Shown here: positions 28,634 through 38,190 of the stretch, piece after piece
Layout of the letters: each line of letters starts with the position of its first letter
Numbering within the stretch: the stretch's first letter is position 1
Source: a virus
Lineage: Duplodnaviria; Caudoviricetes
Reading direction: 5' to 3' (one strand)
Virus record (IMG/VR): IMGVR_UViG_3300033463_000086
Coordinates: 12,349-76,348 of that record
Length of the DNA: 64,000 nt
Notes under the pieces: generated by a model
What the model was told of the DNA's origin: nothing
The model's input: the letters and a program-made list of their open reading frames with translations, nothing else
Database searches by the model: none
Program-made: the position numbers and the translations under genes

Positions 28634-29299
28634 TTATTCGTTAGTGCATGTGAAGTTAATTAGTGTACTTGCGTCATCCCTGTTGTACTCTTCGTTGGCG
28701 ACCATATTCTGATAGATACGGCTCCATTCAGAATACGAGTAAGGCATGTCGGTAGTTGTAGCCATAGTTTTCTCAACTTTATAGGTACATGACCTTACCA
28801 CAGTAGTCCGACCATTAGTACGGTAATCTGAATCGCATAAGAACTGATATTGATACAAATGGTCAAATACCATCTTCAAAGACCTGCGAACAGCCCTATA
28901 GTATGGGTTATCACGTTGAAGCATGCTATACGTTTTCAGCATATAACAGCGCAATTTGAACAGGTTATCCTTTTCATAGTACGTATCGGGATTGCCTTGG
29001 TCATTCAATAGTTCTCTGAATTGGACCTCTCTTGTGTATTTTACGAACTCACGAAGAACGTCATGGACATAAGGCAGGTTCTCATAGCCCTGATAAATGA
29101 AAGGGATAGCCGGAGCCTTATTCTTATCAATCACGACGATGAAGGGATATAGATGTTCAATACCGTACCACCGCATATTCCATCTCATGCGTGACAGTCT
29201 TTTGAATCTTATCCCGAAATCAGGCATTTTTATCGTTGCCTGAACACGACCGAACTTAAACTTATCTTCAAGTTCAGGTATTAATGTGTTATCAGTCAT
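28634..29299 (-). CDS. Hypothetical protein, paralog family A
   Basis: PELEDKF, IKMPDFGIRF, AIPFI. Confidence 0.7.
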   Translation of the reverse strand: MTDNTLIPELEDKFKFGRVQATIKMPDFGIRFKRLSRMRWNMRWYGIEHLYPFIVVIDKNKAPAIPFIYQGYENLPYVHDVLREFVKYTREVQFRELLNDQGNPDTYYEKDNLFKLRCYMLKTYSMLQRDNPYYRAVRRSLKMVFDHLYQYQFLCDSDYRTNGRTTVVRSCTYKVEKTMATTTDMPYSYSEWSRIYQNMVANEEYNRDDASTLINFTCTNE

Positions 29300-29309
29300 T
29301 GTAAACTCC

Positions 29310-29903
29310 TTAGTATGTTAGACGTGGACCGAGGTTTGCTGTGATTGGCGCGGCATTGATTACGAGTGACGGTGATGCATCTTCAAGGTATCTGATGTTT
29401 AAGTCCTCGAAGTTACCATCGTCAACACGTACAGACATTAAAGAACGATATGACATTGGCTCTCCGTTCAGTGTGTAAAAAGCATTGTCACGAGAGCCAA
29501 TCCACATTTTATACAGTTTGTCATAAGTGTCCTTGTTGAATACCTCCATCATATTTATCTCTGACCGAAGAAGCCAACAGCATATCTGAAACGACACATC
29601 TGAAGCCATTGGTTGATAGTCGTTTAGATAATCTTCAACGATACCGTCATAATAAGCCTCTCCGCCGTATCTCAGAATGTCAACGAACATACTTTGAAGG
29701 CGAAGATTCCAGTTAGCCCATCTGTCAGCAAGTGAAATGAAAGGTACAGGCTCTTTGATGCCGGAATGCAACTTACACGCATAGACGTTGTAATTTGATA
29801 ACGACATTCTACCATGATACGTAACCGCCACGTCCATATCTTCAAGACGAATGAATCTGAGTGGCGGCGTGTCTAACATGTCTTTTATCATATCAGATTC
29901 CAT
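29310..29903 (-). CDS. Hypothetical protein, paralog family A
   Basis: IRLEDMDVAVTYHG, PVPFI. Confidence 0.7.
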   Translation of the reverse strand: MESDMIKDMLDTPPLRFIRLEDMDVAVTYHGRMSLSNYNVYACKLHSGIKEPVPFISLADRWANWNLRLQSMFVDILRYGGEAYYDGIVEDYLNDYQPMASDVSFQICCWLLRSEINMMEVFNKDTYDKLYKMWIGSRDNAFYTLNGEPMSYRSLMSVRVDDGNFEDLNIRYLEDASPSLVINAAPITANLGPRLTY

Positions 29904-29904
29904 G

Positions 29905-30426
29905 TTACCAACCCTCTAATTTGATTGTTTGGTTGAATGTGAAGAAGGTACAACTTAACGGTGAACGAAAATATGCAGTCCTATTTTCTACAAGTGCATT
30001 TTCATACCACCTAATCTTGTCGATGAAGTGATTCCTGTCAACAAATGAAGCCATACGGTGTCGATAACAAAGATATGCAAAGAAACTATCCCTACTCAAC
30101 CTATGAGAAAGCCGACGGTCGCTTGCAACATCTCTATTCAGTCCGTTATTTTCGGCATAGAATTTTAGATATTGCAGGATATACCATACACTAAGTTCCT
30201 GTCTTGGAAACGATGACTCTAATGCACAGTCGCAAATCTCATTCGTATCGAGGTTCATAATAGAGAAGAAGTAAATGTAAGTGTTATCATAGAAATCATC
30301 ACCGTAAAATTTGATTCCGATATTCATTTTTGGAATATAAATTTCGACGTGTGCATACTCATGAAACATCATCTTCTCTCTGAGTTTGACAGTAACCCAA
30401 TCATTCTTGAAAGGTTTACTTGCCAT
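29905..30426 (-). CDS. Hypothetical protein, paralog family A
   Basis: IYIPKMNIGIKFYG. Confidence 0.7.
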   Translation of the reverse strand: MASKPFKNDWVTVKLREKMMFHEYAHVEIYIPKMNIGIKFYGDDFYDNTYIYFFSIMNLDTNEICDCALESSFPRQELSVWYILQYLKFYAENNGLNRDVASDRRLSHRLSRDSFFAYLCYRHRMASFVDRNHFIDKIRWYENALVENRTAYFRSPLSCTFFTFNQTIKLEGW

Positions 30427-30700
30427 GAGGGTCCTTTCCGTATTTGAGTTTCATAAGGTTGATGTTGTAGAGTTTCAGCCCATCCAACACAGAGTAGAAT
30501 GAGCAACCACGAAAGGTTTTATGGTAGAACGGACAGCCATTACACTTGCGGAAGCCCTTTTTATTATGACGGCGACCACAAATGCCTTCAAAGGTTGTCA
30601 GAACATTCACGAGGTCTACTTTATCTTTACCTGTCATTGGATGCTCTCCTCTTGGTTCGAGCTTTATATGCTTCGTAAGAGAGGGTATCATTCCCATCAA
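30416..30700 (-). CDS. Small Cys-rich protein (CxxCP family)
   Basis: ICG...KCNGCPFY...GC. Confidence 0.6.
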   Translation of the reverse strand: MMGMIPSLTKHIKLEPRGEHPMTGKDKVDLVNVLTTFEGICGRRHNKKGFRKCNGCPFYHKTFRGCSFYSVLDGLKLYNINLMKLKYGKDPHGK

Positions 30701-31085
30701 AAAATGAAACAGGACCCGAACCGAGCATAAATTTCTTATGTGACTGTACGCTCTTCAAGATGCCGAGCAACAGATTTTCGAGTGCTTCTTTTGCATCTTC
30801 TCGTGTATCAAACAGCCACCATTCCGGTACGCATCTGACTGAATACATACCATTTGAAGCTACGCAACGAGTACCATAATCGTCAATAGGTACGACAATT
30901 ACATTACCCAATTCCTCATCCAATACCTCAACATGAAGGATTGAGTACCCCTGAAGATTAGGATGTGCGTGTAACATGAATTTACATTTATTCATCGAAA
31001 TAGTCCATTTTATGTTCTTCTTCGGCGTCATTGATTGCTTCACGCAGGTCATTGAGTTGCTCACAGTCGCTACCATAACCTGCAC
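30627..31085 (-). CDS. Hypothetical protein (true start probably MNKCKF)
   Basis: ORF track. Confidence 0.55.
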   Translation of the reverse strand: MQVMVATVSNSMTCVKQSMTPKKNIKWTISMNKCKFMLHAHPNLQGYSILHVEVLDEELGNVIVVPIDDYGTRCVASNGMYSVRCVPEWWLFDTREDAKEALENLLLGILKSVQSHKKFMLGSGPVSFFDGNDTLSYEAYKARTKRRASNDR

Positions 31086-31179
31086 CGTAAATGGCGATAC
31101 CGATAATCAGTTTTGCCATTTCTATCAAAAGTGTATCACGGGTTGTTTGTTTCATTGTTATCACCACCTCCAAGCTCAT
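30988..31179 (-). CDS. Hypothetical protein
   Basis: ORF track; GGAGGTG RBS before MKQTT. Confidence 0.5.
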   Translation of the reverse strand: MSLEVVITMKQTTRDTLLIEMAKLIIGIAIYGAGYGSDCEQLNDLREAINDAEEEHKMDYFDE

Positions 31180-31495
31180 TCATAAGAAACTCACTGATTG
31201 CTCTCCCAATGTCATCCATTTGAGTATCATCAGGAGGATTCACAATGACTGGTTCGACTTGCTTGTGTTTGTATGAGGCGTGTTTGTTCTGCCCATTCAA
31301 ATCATCGACTGCCCTGCGAATAAGAATGCTCTTATCCACAAGGTCATCCAATTGTGCTAAGAAACAACCGCTATGCAGATTGAACGGACACTGACTGCAC
31401 ATGAGAGTATGACAAGAAACACTGCCTGTCATAAAAATCATGTTAATGTTCTTAGCCACACTTTCAAGATAGGCTACCGATGGGTCTTTTGACAT
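31136..31495 (-). CDS. Small Cys-rich protein (CxxCP family)
   Basis: SCHTLMCSQCPFN...GCFL. Confidence 0.65.
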   Translation of the reverse strand: MSKDPSVAYLESVAKNINMIFMTGSVSCHTLMCSQCPFNLHSGCFLAQLDDLVDKSILIRRAVDDLNGQNKHASYKHKQVEPVIVNPPDDTQMDDIGRAISEFLMNELGGGDNNETNNP

Positions 31496-31499
31496 TTTA

Positions 31500-31763
31500 T
31501 TACCTTTCTTTTGCGTGTTTGCATTCGCTTCTTAGGGCGATTAATGCGTTATCAAGTTTAGGGGCGAGACTAATGGCTGCAAGCATTCTTACGAGAAAGC
31601 AACCATCTGAATGAGGAAAGTTTAACGGACACTGAGAACATATCCTGTTGGTACACATGCTTTCTGTCATAATTTGCAGTGTATAAACAGTCTTGATAAT
31701 GTTATCCCTGAGCGTTGTACATTCGTCTGTTGTTAGTGACATAAGGGGCATGGCACACCTCAT
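31500..31763 (-). CDS. Small Cys-rich protein (CxxCP family)
   Basis: MCTNRICSQCPLN...GCFL. Confidence 0.65.
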   Translation of the reverse strand: MRCAMPLMSLTTDECTTLRDNIIKTVYTLQIMTESMCTNRICSQCPLNFPHSDGCFLVRMLAAISLAPKLDNALIALRSECKHAKER

Positions 31764-32416
31764 AAGAAGTTATCAGGGTTAATGTACTCATCCCTTGAGT
31801 AGATGTAATCGTCAAGGTGCATACGGAAAGAGTATTCGTGTCCATGTGTGAATATAACACGACGGATGCCACGACCACTCCCAATCAATGACGCCTTAGC
31901 CAACAAATGTCCATCAAACTCAGAGGGCGGTTCGTAGATGCTGTACTGATGCCCATAAATACAACGGACACATGTATTGCCTACAACATCCACTAACATT
32001 CTGAACTTTTCCCGAAGAAGCCTGTATGACTGACACCTTGCGAACATATTACGACAGACACACTCGAACATCATGTCTTTATCGTCTTGAGATTCGTACT
32101 GTGTCATAGAGAAATCATCTTCAGGGTCTCCATATGTGAGAATCTTGCATAGGGGCCAGATGATATGGGCGAGGTTCAGTGGGATATTGTTGACATACAT
32201 AATAGGAACCACCATATCGAATGGTACGGTTCTCTTGCCGACTTTCTCATAGATAACCACAACCGCGTATCTTACATTGGTGGACGGGCTTTGAACTGAA
32301 CCACGATAAGCCAATGTAAGGTCGATTTGCGGAAAACAGAATGCAGAGAAAGGTATATGCCTCGACATACGCGACAAAAGCGTATCTGCAAACTTATCAT
32401 CAAAATCTGGAAGCAT
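31760..32416 (-). CDS. Hypothetical protein, paralog family A
   Basis: PDFDDKF, FCFPQIDLTLAYRG, TVPF. Confidence 0.7.
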   Translation of the reverse strand: MLPDFDDKFADTLLSRMSRHIPFSAFCFPQIDLTLAYRGSVQSPSTNVRYAVVVIYEKVGKRTVPFDMVVPIMYVNNIPLNLAHIIWPLCKILTYGDPEDDFSMTQYESQDDKDMMFECVCRNMFARCQSYRLLREKFRMLVDVVGNTCVRCIYGHQYSIYEPPSEFDGHLLAKASLIGSGRGIRRVIFTHGHEYSFRMHLDDYIYSRDEYINPDNFL

Positions 32417-32467
32417 AAGAAATCTCCATGAGGGGTGAGTTTATGTACCCACCCCTCTTACGTTATG

Positions 32468-33523
32468 TTATTTCTTGGCTGCGGTACTTTCGACATTCAG
32501 TTTGAAGTTCTTCTTGAACTCATTCCAAATTGCCTGTTTCGTATCGGGACCATACTCGTCCCAATGATTCGGATAACGGTCCTCGACATAGTGCTTGAAG
32601 AGAATCCCTGCATCAGATTCGTAATACGCATCGAGTTCACGTTCAGTAATGTTCTTGGCAAACATCTGACCGCTTTCCTCCATGTCGTAATACGCACCAT
32701 AGTATGCGTTGTAGATTTCCTCTTTTTGGTCAGCCGAGTAAGATTCCCATTCAGGCTCGTTGGCAATCACGTAAGCCATGAAATCTTCGTCACCCTCGGT
32801 GTATTCATCGATGAACTTTTCTTCATCGACACCGTAGTGAGTGCGATTCTTATACAATGCGTCAGACCAATCTCTCCGATAGTCTTCATAAGAATCGTAG
32901 CCGTACTCTTTCCACCATTCATTTGTGGACACGAGTCCTTTTCCCCAATAACCGCCACTGTAAATGGAGTATGAGTAGGTCTTGTTTGAATAGTAGACGC
33001 CCTTATCCTTAATCCAGTCACCCATAAGGTAGACTTTGACGCCGTTCATCAGGGCAATCTTGTTTGTTCCGAGGAAGCCATCAAAAGCGTCCTTAAACTT
33101 TTCGGATGTAAGACCAGATTCAGCAATCCTCAATGCCATTTCAGCGGTATCGGAGATGTTATTCTTGCGCGGCTCGATAGGCAAAACCCCATTGTGAATC
33201 AGGCAACGAGGGCATACCGTGTAAGTCTTGCCTAACTGCTTCACATTCGTCGTGATAGGGAACGGATGGGTGTTCTCTTTATTGATACCACCATGCGTGT
33301 GAATCCTGAAATGAATCAACACGTCATATCCGTTCAGTTTCTTGAGTTGGGAATCATAGACCTTTTCAAAGTCCTTCCAGTCCATGATACCTTTGTGGAT
33401 GTGGCACTGACCATCCTTTCGGACAGCATAACCGGCTCCGTCAGGATTCGATTCCCAACAATTCTCGAAAATGCTCAATTCAGGCATTTTCACGCCTTCG
33501 GGCTTGTAAATTGCGATGCACAT
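32468..33523 (-). CDS. Class II (Ntn) glutamine amidotransferase with acidic Tyr-rich C-terminal extension
   Basis: N-terminal Cys2 (MCIAIYKP), NPDGAG, HFRIHTHG, NTHPF, IHNG. Confidence 0.9.
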   Translation of the reverse strand: MCIAIYKPEGVKMPELSIFENCWESNPDGAGYAVRKDGQCHIHKGIMDWKDFEKVYDSQLKKLNGYDVLIHFRIHTHGGINKENTHPFPITTNVKQLGKTYTVCPRCLIHNGVLPIEPRKNNISDTAEMALRIAESGLTSEKFKDAFDGFLGTNKIALMNGVKVYLMGDWIKDKGVYYSNKTYSYSIYSGGYWGKGLVSTNEWWKEYGYDSYEDYRRDWSDALYKNRTHYGVDEEKFIDEYTEGDEDFMAYVIANEPEWESYSADQKEEIYNAYYGAYYDMEESGQMFAKNITERELDAYYESDAGILFKHYVEDRYPNHWDEYGPDTKQAIWNEFKKNFKLNVESTAAKK

Positions 33524-33526
33524 AAC

Positions 33527-34624
33527 TTATACACCTTTCCTTTCGATAAGAGCGTTAGCCTTATCATAGTTGTGTTCTTTGATGAACGTCTTGAACGAAG
33601 CAAATGCAGTTCTCGGCGTTTCAATGATGAGTTGGTCGAGGCACTCCGTATGAATGTGATGAACCCAACGAACAAGAGCGTCAATGAGTTCCAAATCTTC
33701 ATACAGAGTATTGATGTTCGTTGTGCTTGCGAACATTCTGAACTCGATTGTGTACTGGCTCGAATGATAGTTGACGGCACTGTATCTGTCCATGTCGTCA
33801 ATGTTGTTCGAGAAACTGCTGAATGAGCCGTAACTGTAATACTCGGCATAATCATTTCCTTCACGCCGAGCAAGTTGTTCAAAGCGTTCACTGTTCTCAT
33901 TCACAAACCAACCGACCATGTACCATTCGAGGCTGTCCATGAACTGTTTGGAGGCGTGGATATGAAGTCCGCACTTGTAATGAGCATGAAGACCCCAATC
34001 ACGAAGAAGGGCGAGAATATTGTTCCATTTCTTGAAGTCAGTACGATACTCTTCAAGCGTATGCGGAGTGCTGATGAGTTCAAACCCATAGTCGGGAATC
34101 GAACCGTCATGCTCAAGATAGAACATATCCTTGCTGCTGTCGTAGTTTTCGTCATCCTCGTCAGTGGCATTACGAAGAGGCTTCAATGCTTCGACACAGG
34201 AAAGCATATCATCTTCGCCAGTGTCGCCAGTTTCCAACTCAAAGCCGAACCGAAGTTTACCATCATCGGGAACTTGGTATTCGTGGGAATGATAACCACC
34301 GATTCCACCACGATGCCGTCTGATTTCATTGATGCACGAGTGACAGCACATCTGACCACGGTAGCGAGTGAGGTTATCCATAGTGAAATCGTTGCCGCAG
34401 TGTTCGCATTGTGCGCCGACGCTCTCGTAGCACTGGTCGCATACGTGCCTATCACCACGATTCATAGAATGGCGGTTGGTTGCCCTGTACCACTCGTGAC
34501 ATTCATCGCACTGGAAGTAGAGGATTGAATGGCACTGTTCGCAGAAAGCACCATCGTCATTGACGTAAGATGCTTGCCGTCCACAAATGATGCAGACGTC
34601 GGGGTTTTCATTTTCTTCCGGCAT
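33527..34624 (-). CDS. Putative amidoligase (COOH-NH2 ligase type) with N-terminal zinc-ribbon repeats, copy B
   Basis: FGFELE, HDGSI, GFELISTP, CGLHIH, RYSAVN, TIEFRMF. Confidence 0.88.
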   Translation of the reverse strand: MPEENENPDVCIICGRQASYVNDDGAFCEQCHSILYFQCDECHEWYRATNRHSMNRGDRHVCDQCYESVGAQCEHCGNDFTMDNLTRYRGQMCCHSCINEIRRHRGGIGGYHSHEYQVPDDGKLRFGFELETGDTGEDDMLSCVEALKPLRNATDEDDENYDSSKDMFYLEHDGSIPDYGFELISTPHTLEEYRTDFKKWNNILALLRDWGLHAHYKCGLHIHASKQFMDSLEWYMVGWFVNENSERFEQLARREGNDYAEYYSYGSFSSFSNNIDDMDRYSAVNYHSSQYTIEFRMFASTTNINTLYEDLELIDALVRWVHHIHTECLDQLIIETPRTAFASFKTFIKEHNYDKANALIERKGV

Positions 34625-34781
34625 AAGACTTGCCCTTTCTCTGTTTGGTTTTGAAGATGGACTTCATTTTGTTGTTGAACTCGATGCGCTTGAGGGCATT
34701 ACGCTCTCGCACATACTCGGCTTTTGTCATTACGGACACACTTCGCCCATAATTGACAACGACAAGTTCGGGACGTTCCAT
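34608..34781 (-). CDS. Small basic hypothetical protein
   Basis: TAATG coupling to GGCT stop; MERPELV... Confidence 0.5.
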   Translation of the reverse strand: MERPELVVVNYGRSVSVMTKAEYVRERNALKRIEFNNKMKSIFKTKQRKGKSYAGRK

Positions 34782-35182
34782 TACACATACTCCTGTGGGT
34801 AGTGTTGTTTGTGGTATGCTCTCCAATCCCCATTCGGAATAAGGATGAAAGAGCGTTGAATCTGTTCTCGCTTGAAGAAATAGACGAATCCATGAACATT
34901 GGCTCCGTCAAACGTCTTAGCAGTTATGAGCTTTCGCCCATACAGCTTCGGATAGCCCTCAAGCCTGTCAATGTCGGGAAGGGATGTTGGAGGCAGAATC
35001 ATAAGTTCCGCCTTAATCTGCGTATGTCCCTCAAGAACCAATGCAGGGAAGTTATACCTTGTATCGAACAATGTGCCGAAGAAGGTAACAGGAACGATAC
35101 CCATGCAATTACGGCAAAGGTAATGATTCCTCTGCCCCGACATAAGGGTTCCATACGTGATAATCTGTACTGAATCAGGCAT
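34781..35182 (-). CDS. Gamma-glutamylcyclotransferase (AIG2-like)
   Basis: ITYGTLM...NH, IDRLEGYPKLY. Confidence 0.88.
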   Translation of the reverse strand: MPDSVQIITYGTLMSGQRNHYLCRNCMGIVPVTFFGTLFDTRYNFPALVLEGHTQIKAELMILPPTSLPDIDRLEGYPKLYGRKLITAKTFDGANVHGFVYFFKREQIQRSFILIPNGDWRAYHKQHYPQEYV

Positions 35183-36335
35183 AACGACACCTCTTCATGG
35201 CTTCTTCGAGCTGTTCATTGACGCGACGATAGAGATAATTTGCATTTTTATCCCCATTCGTCTCTTCCATGCGCTTCTTATTCCAGTTGAACCAGTCATA
35301 AACTGCGCGGCGAGGCATTTCAACCATATGCAGATTACCGAGAGGCATTGTGTCCTTTGCCCACTCATACAATCCCTGAACAATGGCAAGATGTCCGAAG
35401 AAATCATCCGCACAATCCACAGGGCAGAAAATGCGAAACTCACAGGTAACATGAGTTGACGTGCAGAAAGACAATGCCGCATAGTGCGTATCGTCCTGTC
35501 TTTCCCAGAAACCCTCACGGTAATCATCGTCAGGGTCTCCATATTCAACCCAATCATTTTCTTCACGACCAGCCAGTTCCTCGAACAATGACTGATTCTT
35601 AGAAATGAACCACTGCAACGCTCTCCACGTCAATGCCGGAAGAGCCGCCTTAGTGATATGCACATGGAAACCACAGGAATAGTGCGGCTTCATATCGTGG
35701 TTGCTGAACGTATCATACAAGTTCTCAACCATGTTTTTGTGAGCAAGCCACCAGTCCCATGTGTAAGGATTGGAAATGGTCTCGAACCCATAGTCACGGA
35801 TAGAACCATCTTCTTCCATGACAAAGAAACGACCGAAGTCATTTTCAATCTCACCCGAACAACGGCGCATATCCTCGGAACAGGCATCGCCCATTTCGAG
35901 TTCCACACCGAGGTAAGGCATATCACCTTTTTTGAGTCTGGGGCAGTCATAATCGTGGGAATGATAACCACCAATGTCACCTGCCCTGTGTTGCTCGGAC
36001 TGATGCTCTTCGTAGCAATCATAGCAGAAGTCCTCTTCACAGTCCTCGCAGTAATAAATGTCGTCACTATGGACAACTTCACCGCAACGAGCGCAGGTGT
36101 AGTAATGGTCATCGTAGCACTCACGACACACGCAATCATAGCTGCCAATCTGCATCATTTCAGCAGAGGCAACGACATTACCGCAATCAGGACAAACGCA
36201 GAAATCGTCATCTTTGTTGTCCTCATAGCAGGTGTCACAGAGATGGTAGGTTTTCCCATCAATTTCGACAATGTGGATTTCATCATCGTCGCAGTTGTCC
36301 AAAGAGCAACCGCAGTCATAATAGTCGCAACGCAT
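35175..36335 (-). CDS. Putative amidoligase with N-terminal zinc-ribbon repeats, copy A
   Basis: LGVELE, EDGSI, GFETISNP, CGFHVH, TCEFRIF. Confidence 0.88.
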   Translation of the reverse strand: MRCDYYDCGCSLDNCDDDEIHIVEIDGKTYHLCDTCYEDNKDDDFCVCPDCGNVVASAEMMQIGSYDCVCRECYDDHYYTCARCGEVVHSDDIYYCEDCEEDFCYDCYEEHQSEQHRAGDIGGYHSHDYDCPRLKKGDMPYLGVELEMGDACSEDMRRCSGEIENDFGRFFVMEEDGSIRDYGFETISNPYTWDWWLAHKNMVENLYDTFSNHDMKPHYSCGFHVHITKAALPALTWRALQWFISKNQSLFEELAGREENDWVEYGDPDDDYREGFWERQDDTHYAALSFCTSTHVTCEFRIFCPVDCADDFFGHLAIVQGLYEWAKDTMPLGNLHMVEMPRRAVYDWFNWNKKRMEETNGDKNANYLYRRVNEQLEEAMKRCRYA

Positions 36336-36553
36336 AATCGTTACTCCATTATTTAGTTTGTTTTGGTTTGAAATGAACTTATCGACAAAGGTTTATGCCG
36401 ATAACGGTTTAGTTCCATATCCTCCTAAATATGGAAACGTTGGTTGATACTCTAACTTAAATCATAAAGCACCGAATGAACCGATGCCTTATGATTTAGA
36501 TTAGAATGTAGGCGGCAGTAATGAAACCACCGCCCATATCCAAGAACCGAATG

Positions 36554-37039
36554 TCAGAACTTATCATTGTCAACATAATGAAAGTTCAAATTGATGTCGC
36601 CCTGATTATGCAACCACTCATATGCAGGGTGGAAATCATACAGACTGGTCACATAAACGCGATTGTGAGCCACCTGAAACACATAGTTGCACAAAGGAGC
36701 CTCAACATATGCATCAGCCCACTGGTCATTGAATAAATCACGACCAACGACCTCTTCCATTACCAACGTGCCAGCCCATTTCAGATACAGGAAATTGTCA
36801 TGCATTAATGTAACTGCCGCCGTGTCCCTGATGTAGTCCACAAGTTCTTTCAGCGTCATTGTGAAACCTGCGCGAATGACGATAAACTCGCGTTCGCCAT
36901 ACTTATCCGTAAGATTGAACTTATGGATGCCGAACTCTTGACCCTCTCCGTATGTGGCTGAGGTGGAATGTACGTAAGACATTTTAATATCCACAATGTC
37001 GAACGTACCATCTTCGTTGATTTCGATTTCGTGTTGCAT
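36554..37039 (-). CDS. Hypothetical early protein
   Basis: AGGAG RBS. Confidence 0.7.
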   Translation of the reverse strand: MQHEIEINEDGTFDIVDIKMSYVHSTSATYGEGQEFGIHKFNLTDKYGEREFIVIRAGFTMTLKELVDYIRDTAAVTLMHDNFLYLKWAGTLVMEEVVGRDLFNDQWADAYVEAPLCNYVFQVAHNRVYVTSLYDFHPAYEWLHNQGDINLNFHYVDNDKF

Positions 37040-37057
37040 AGTTTTCTCCTTATGCGG

Positions 37058-37507
37058 TTAAATCCATGTTTCAAAGAGGTCATCGAAATTGAACATAATA
37101 GGAACCGTCAGCAAGTCATTCTTCTTGCCGTAGTCCATAATGCGCTTCAGTTCGCTGTCCTCAACATTGAATTTATTGTACGAAATGTGCTTGGCGACTG
37201 TGTATGCCCTTGACGTGAACCAGACATCCTTATGGTTAGTCGGTATCACCATTCTCTCCAACAGTTCCTTACAGAAAATGTCGTTGGGGATAGTGCTGAA
37301 TGTGCCTTTCTTTGCATGTTCGAGGAAATACCACAAATGTTCACGGTATGGATTTGCGAACAATGTCACCACAGTTATCGGTCTTTCCCATATTTGGAAC
37401 CGATGAACGTATCTTCTTTCCACATAGTCTTTTATCTTGACCGGGAATGAAGACGTTCCGTGATAGACCCCATAACCATTTGAGGTCAGTTGGAAGTCGT
37501 GTTGCAT
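37058..37507 (-). CDS. Hypothetical early protein
   Basis: AGGAG RBS. Confidence 0.7.
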   Translation of the reverse strand: MQHDFQLTSNGYGVYHGTSSFPVKIKDYVERRYVHRFQIWERPITVVTLFANPYREHLWYFLEHAKKGTFSTIPNDIFCKELLERMVIPTNHKDVWFTSRAYTVAKHISYNKFNVEDSELKRIMDYGKKNDLLTVPIMFNFDDLFETWI

Positions 37508-37525
37508 TAGATGTCTCCTTAATGA

Positions 37526-38005
37526 TTACGAAAGCGAACCAGCCCATACATACTGGCATGGGTGATTTTTCATATCTTTGAGGACGATGGGCTGAACCCA
37601 TTTGGAGTTGCCTTTATCCCATATTGTACGATAAGCGTTTACCATGATGAAACAGATAAGACGCCATTCTTCAGAAGTCATCCATCCATAAGCCCTCTCA
37701 TCCCAATCCAAATGAAACAGATGATAGGCAACGTACAAGCACATAAGAACCTCGACTTCATGACCTATGCAACCAGTCATATCGTAGTGTTTCTCATACG
37801 CAAGCCGGAAGAAGTAGTATAAGTCATTCGCAGTGGGTTTCTTTCCTTTCGGATGCGGAACTACGATTGATGTTTTGTAGACACCACGATAGACCACGGC
37901 ATAACTGGTGAATGTTATTGCCTTTTTGTACTTTTTCGGATAATTGCTCAACTTTGCATTACAGTCAAGCACATCCTCCAATTCTATGAAGTTTGTGTTT
38001 CTCAT
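37526..38005 (-). CDS. Hypothetical early protein
   Basis: ORF track. Confidence 0.65.
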   Translation of the reverse strand: MRNTNFIELEDVLDCNAKLSNYPKKYKKAITFTSYAVVYRGVYKTSIVVPHPKGKKPTANDLYYFFRLAYEKHYDMTGCIGHEVEVLMCLYVAYHLFHLDWDERAYGWMTSEEWRLICFIMVNAYRTIWDKGNSKWVQPIVLKDMKNHPCQYVWAGSLS

Positions 38006-38190
38006 TGAATACCGCCTTTCGTTTTCTTAATGCGGTCAATCGTATCGGCAATCCTGTCAGAAATGCCGAAGTCGTGAACATCTTCTTCAATCAGCATAAC
38101 GAGGAAGATGCAGGTGAAGAGAATTGGGATAGCGAAAATGACCAATTCCACAAATTGTTCAATGCTCATTTTGTTTCCTTTCTTGTTTGG

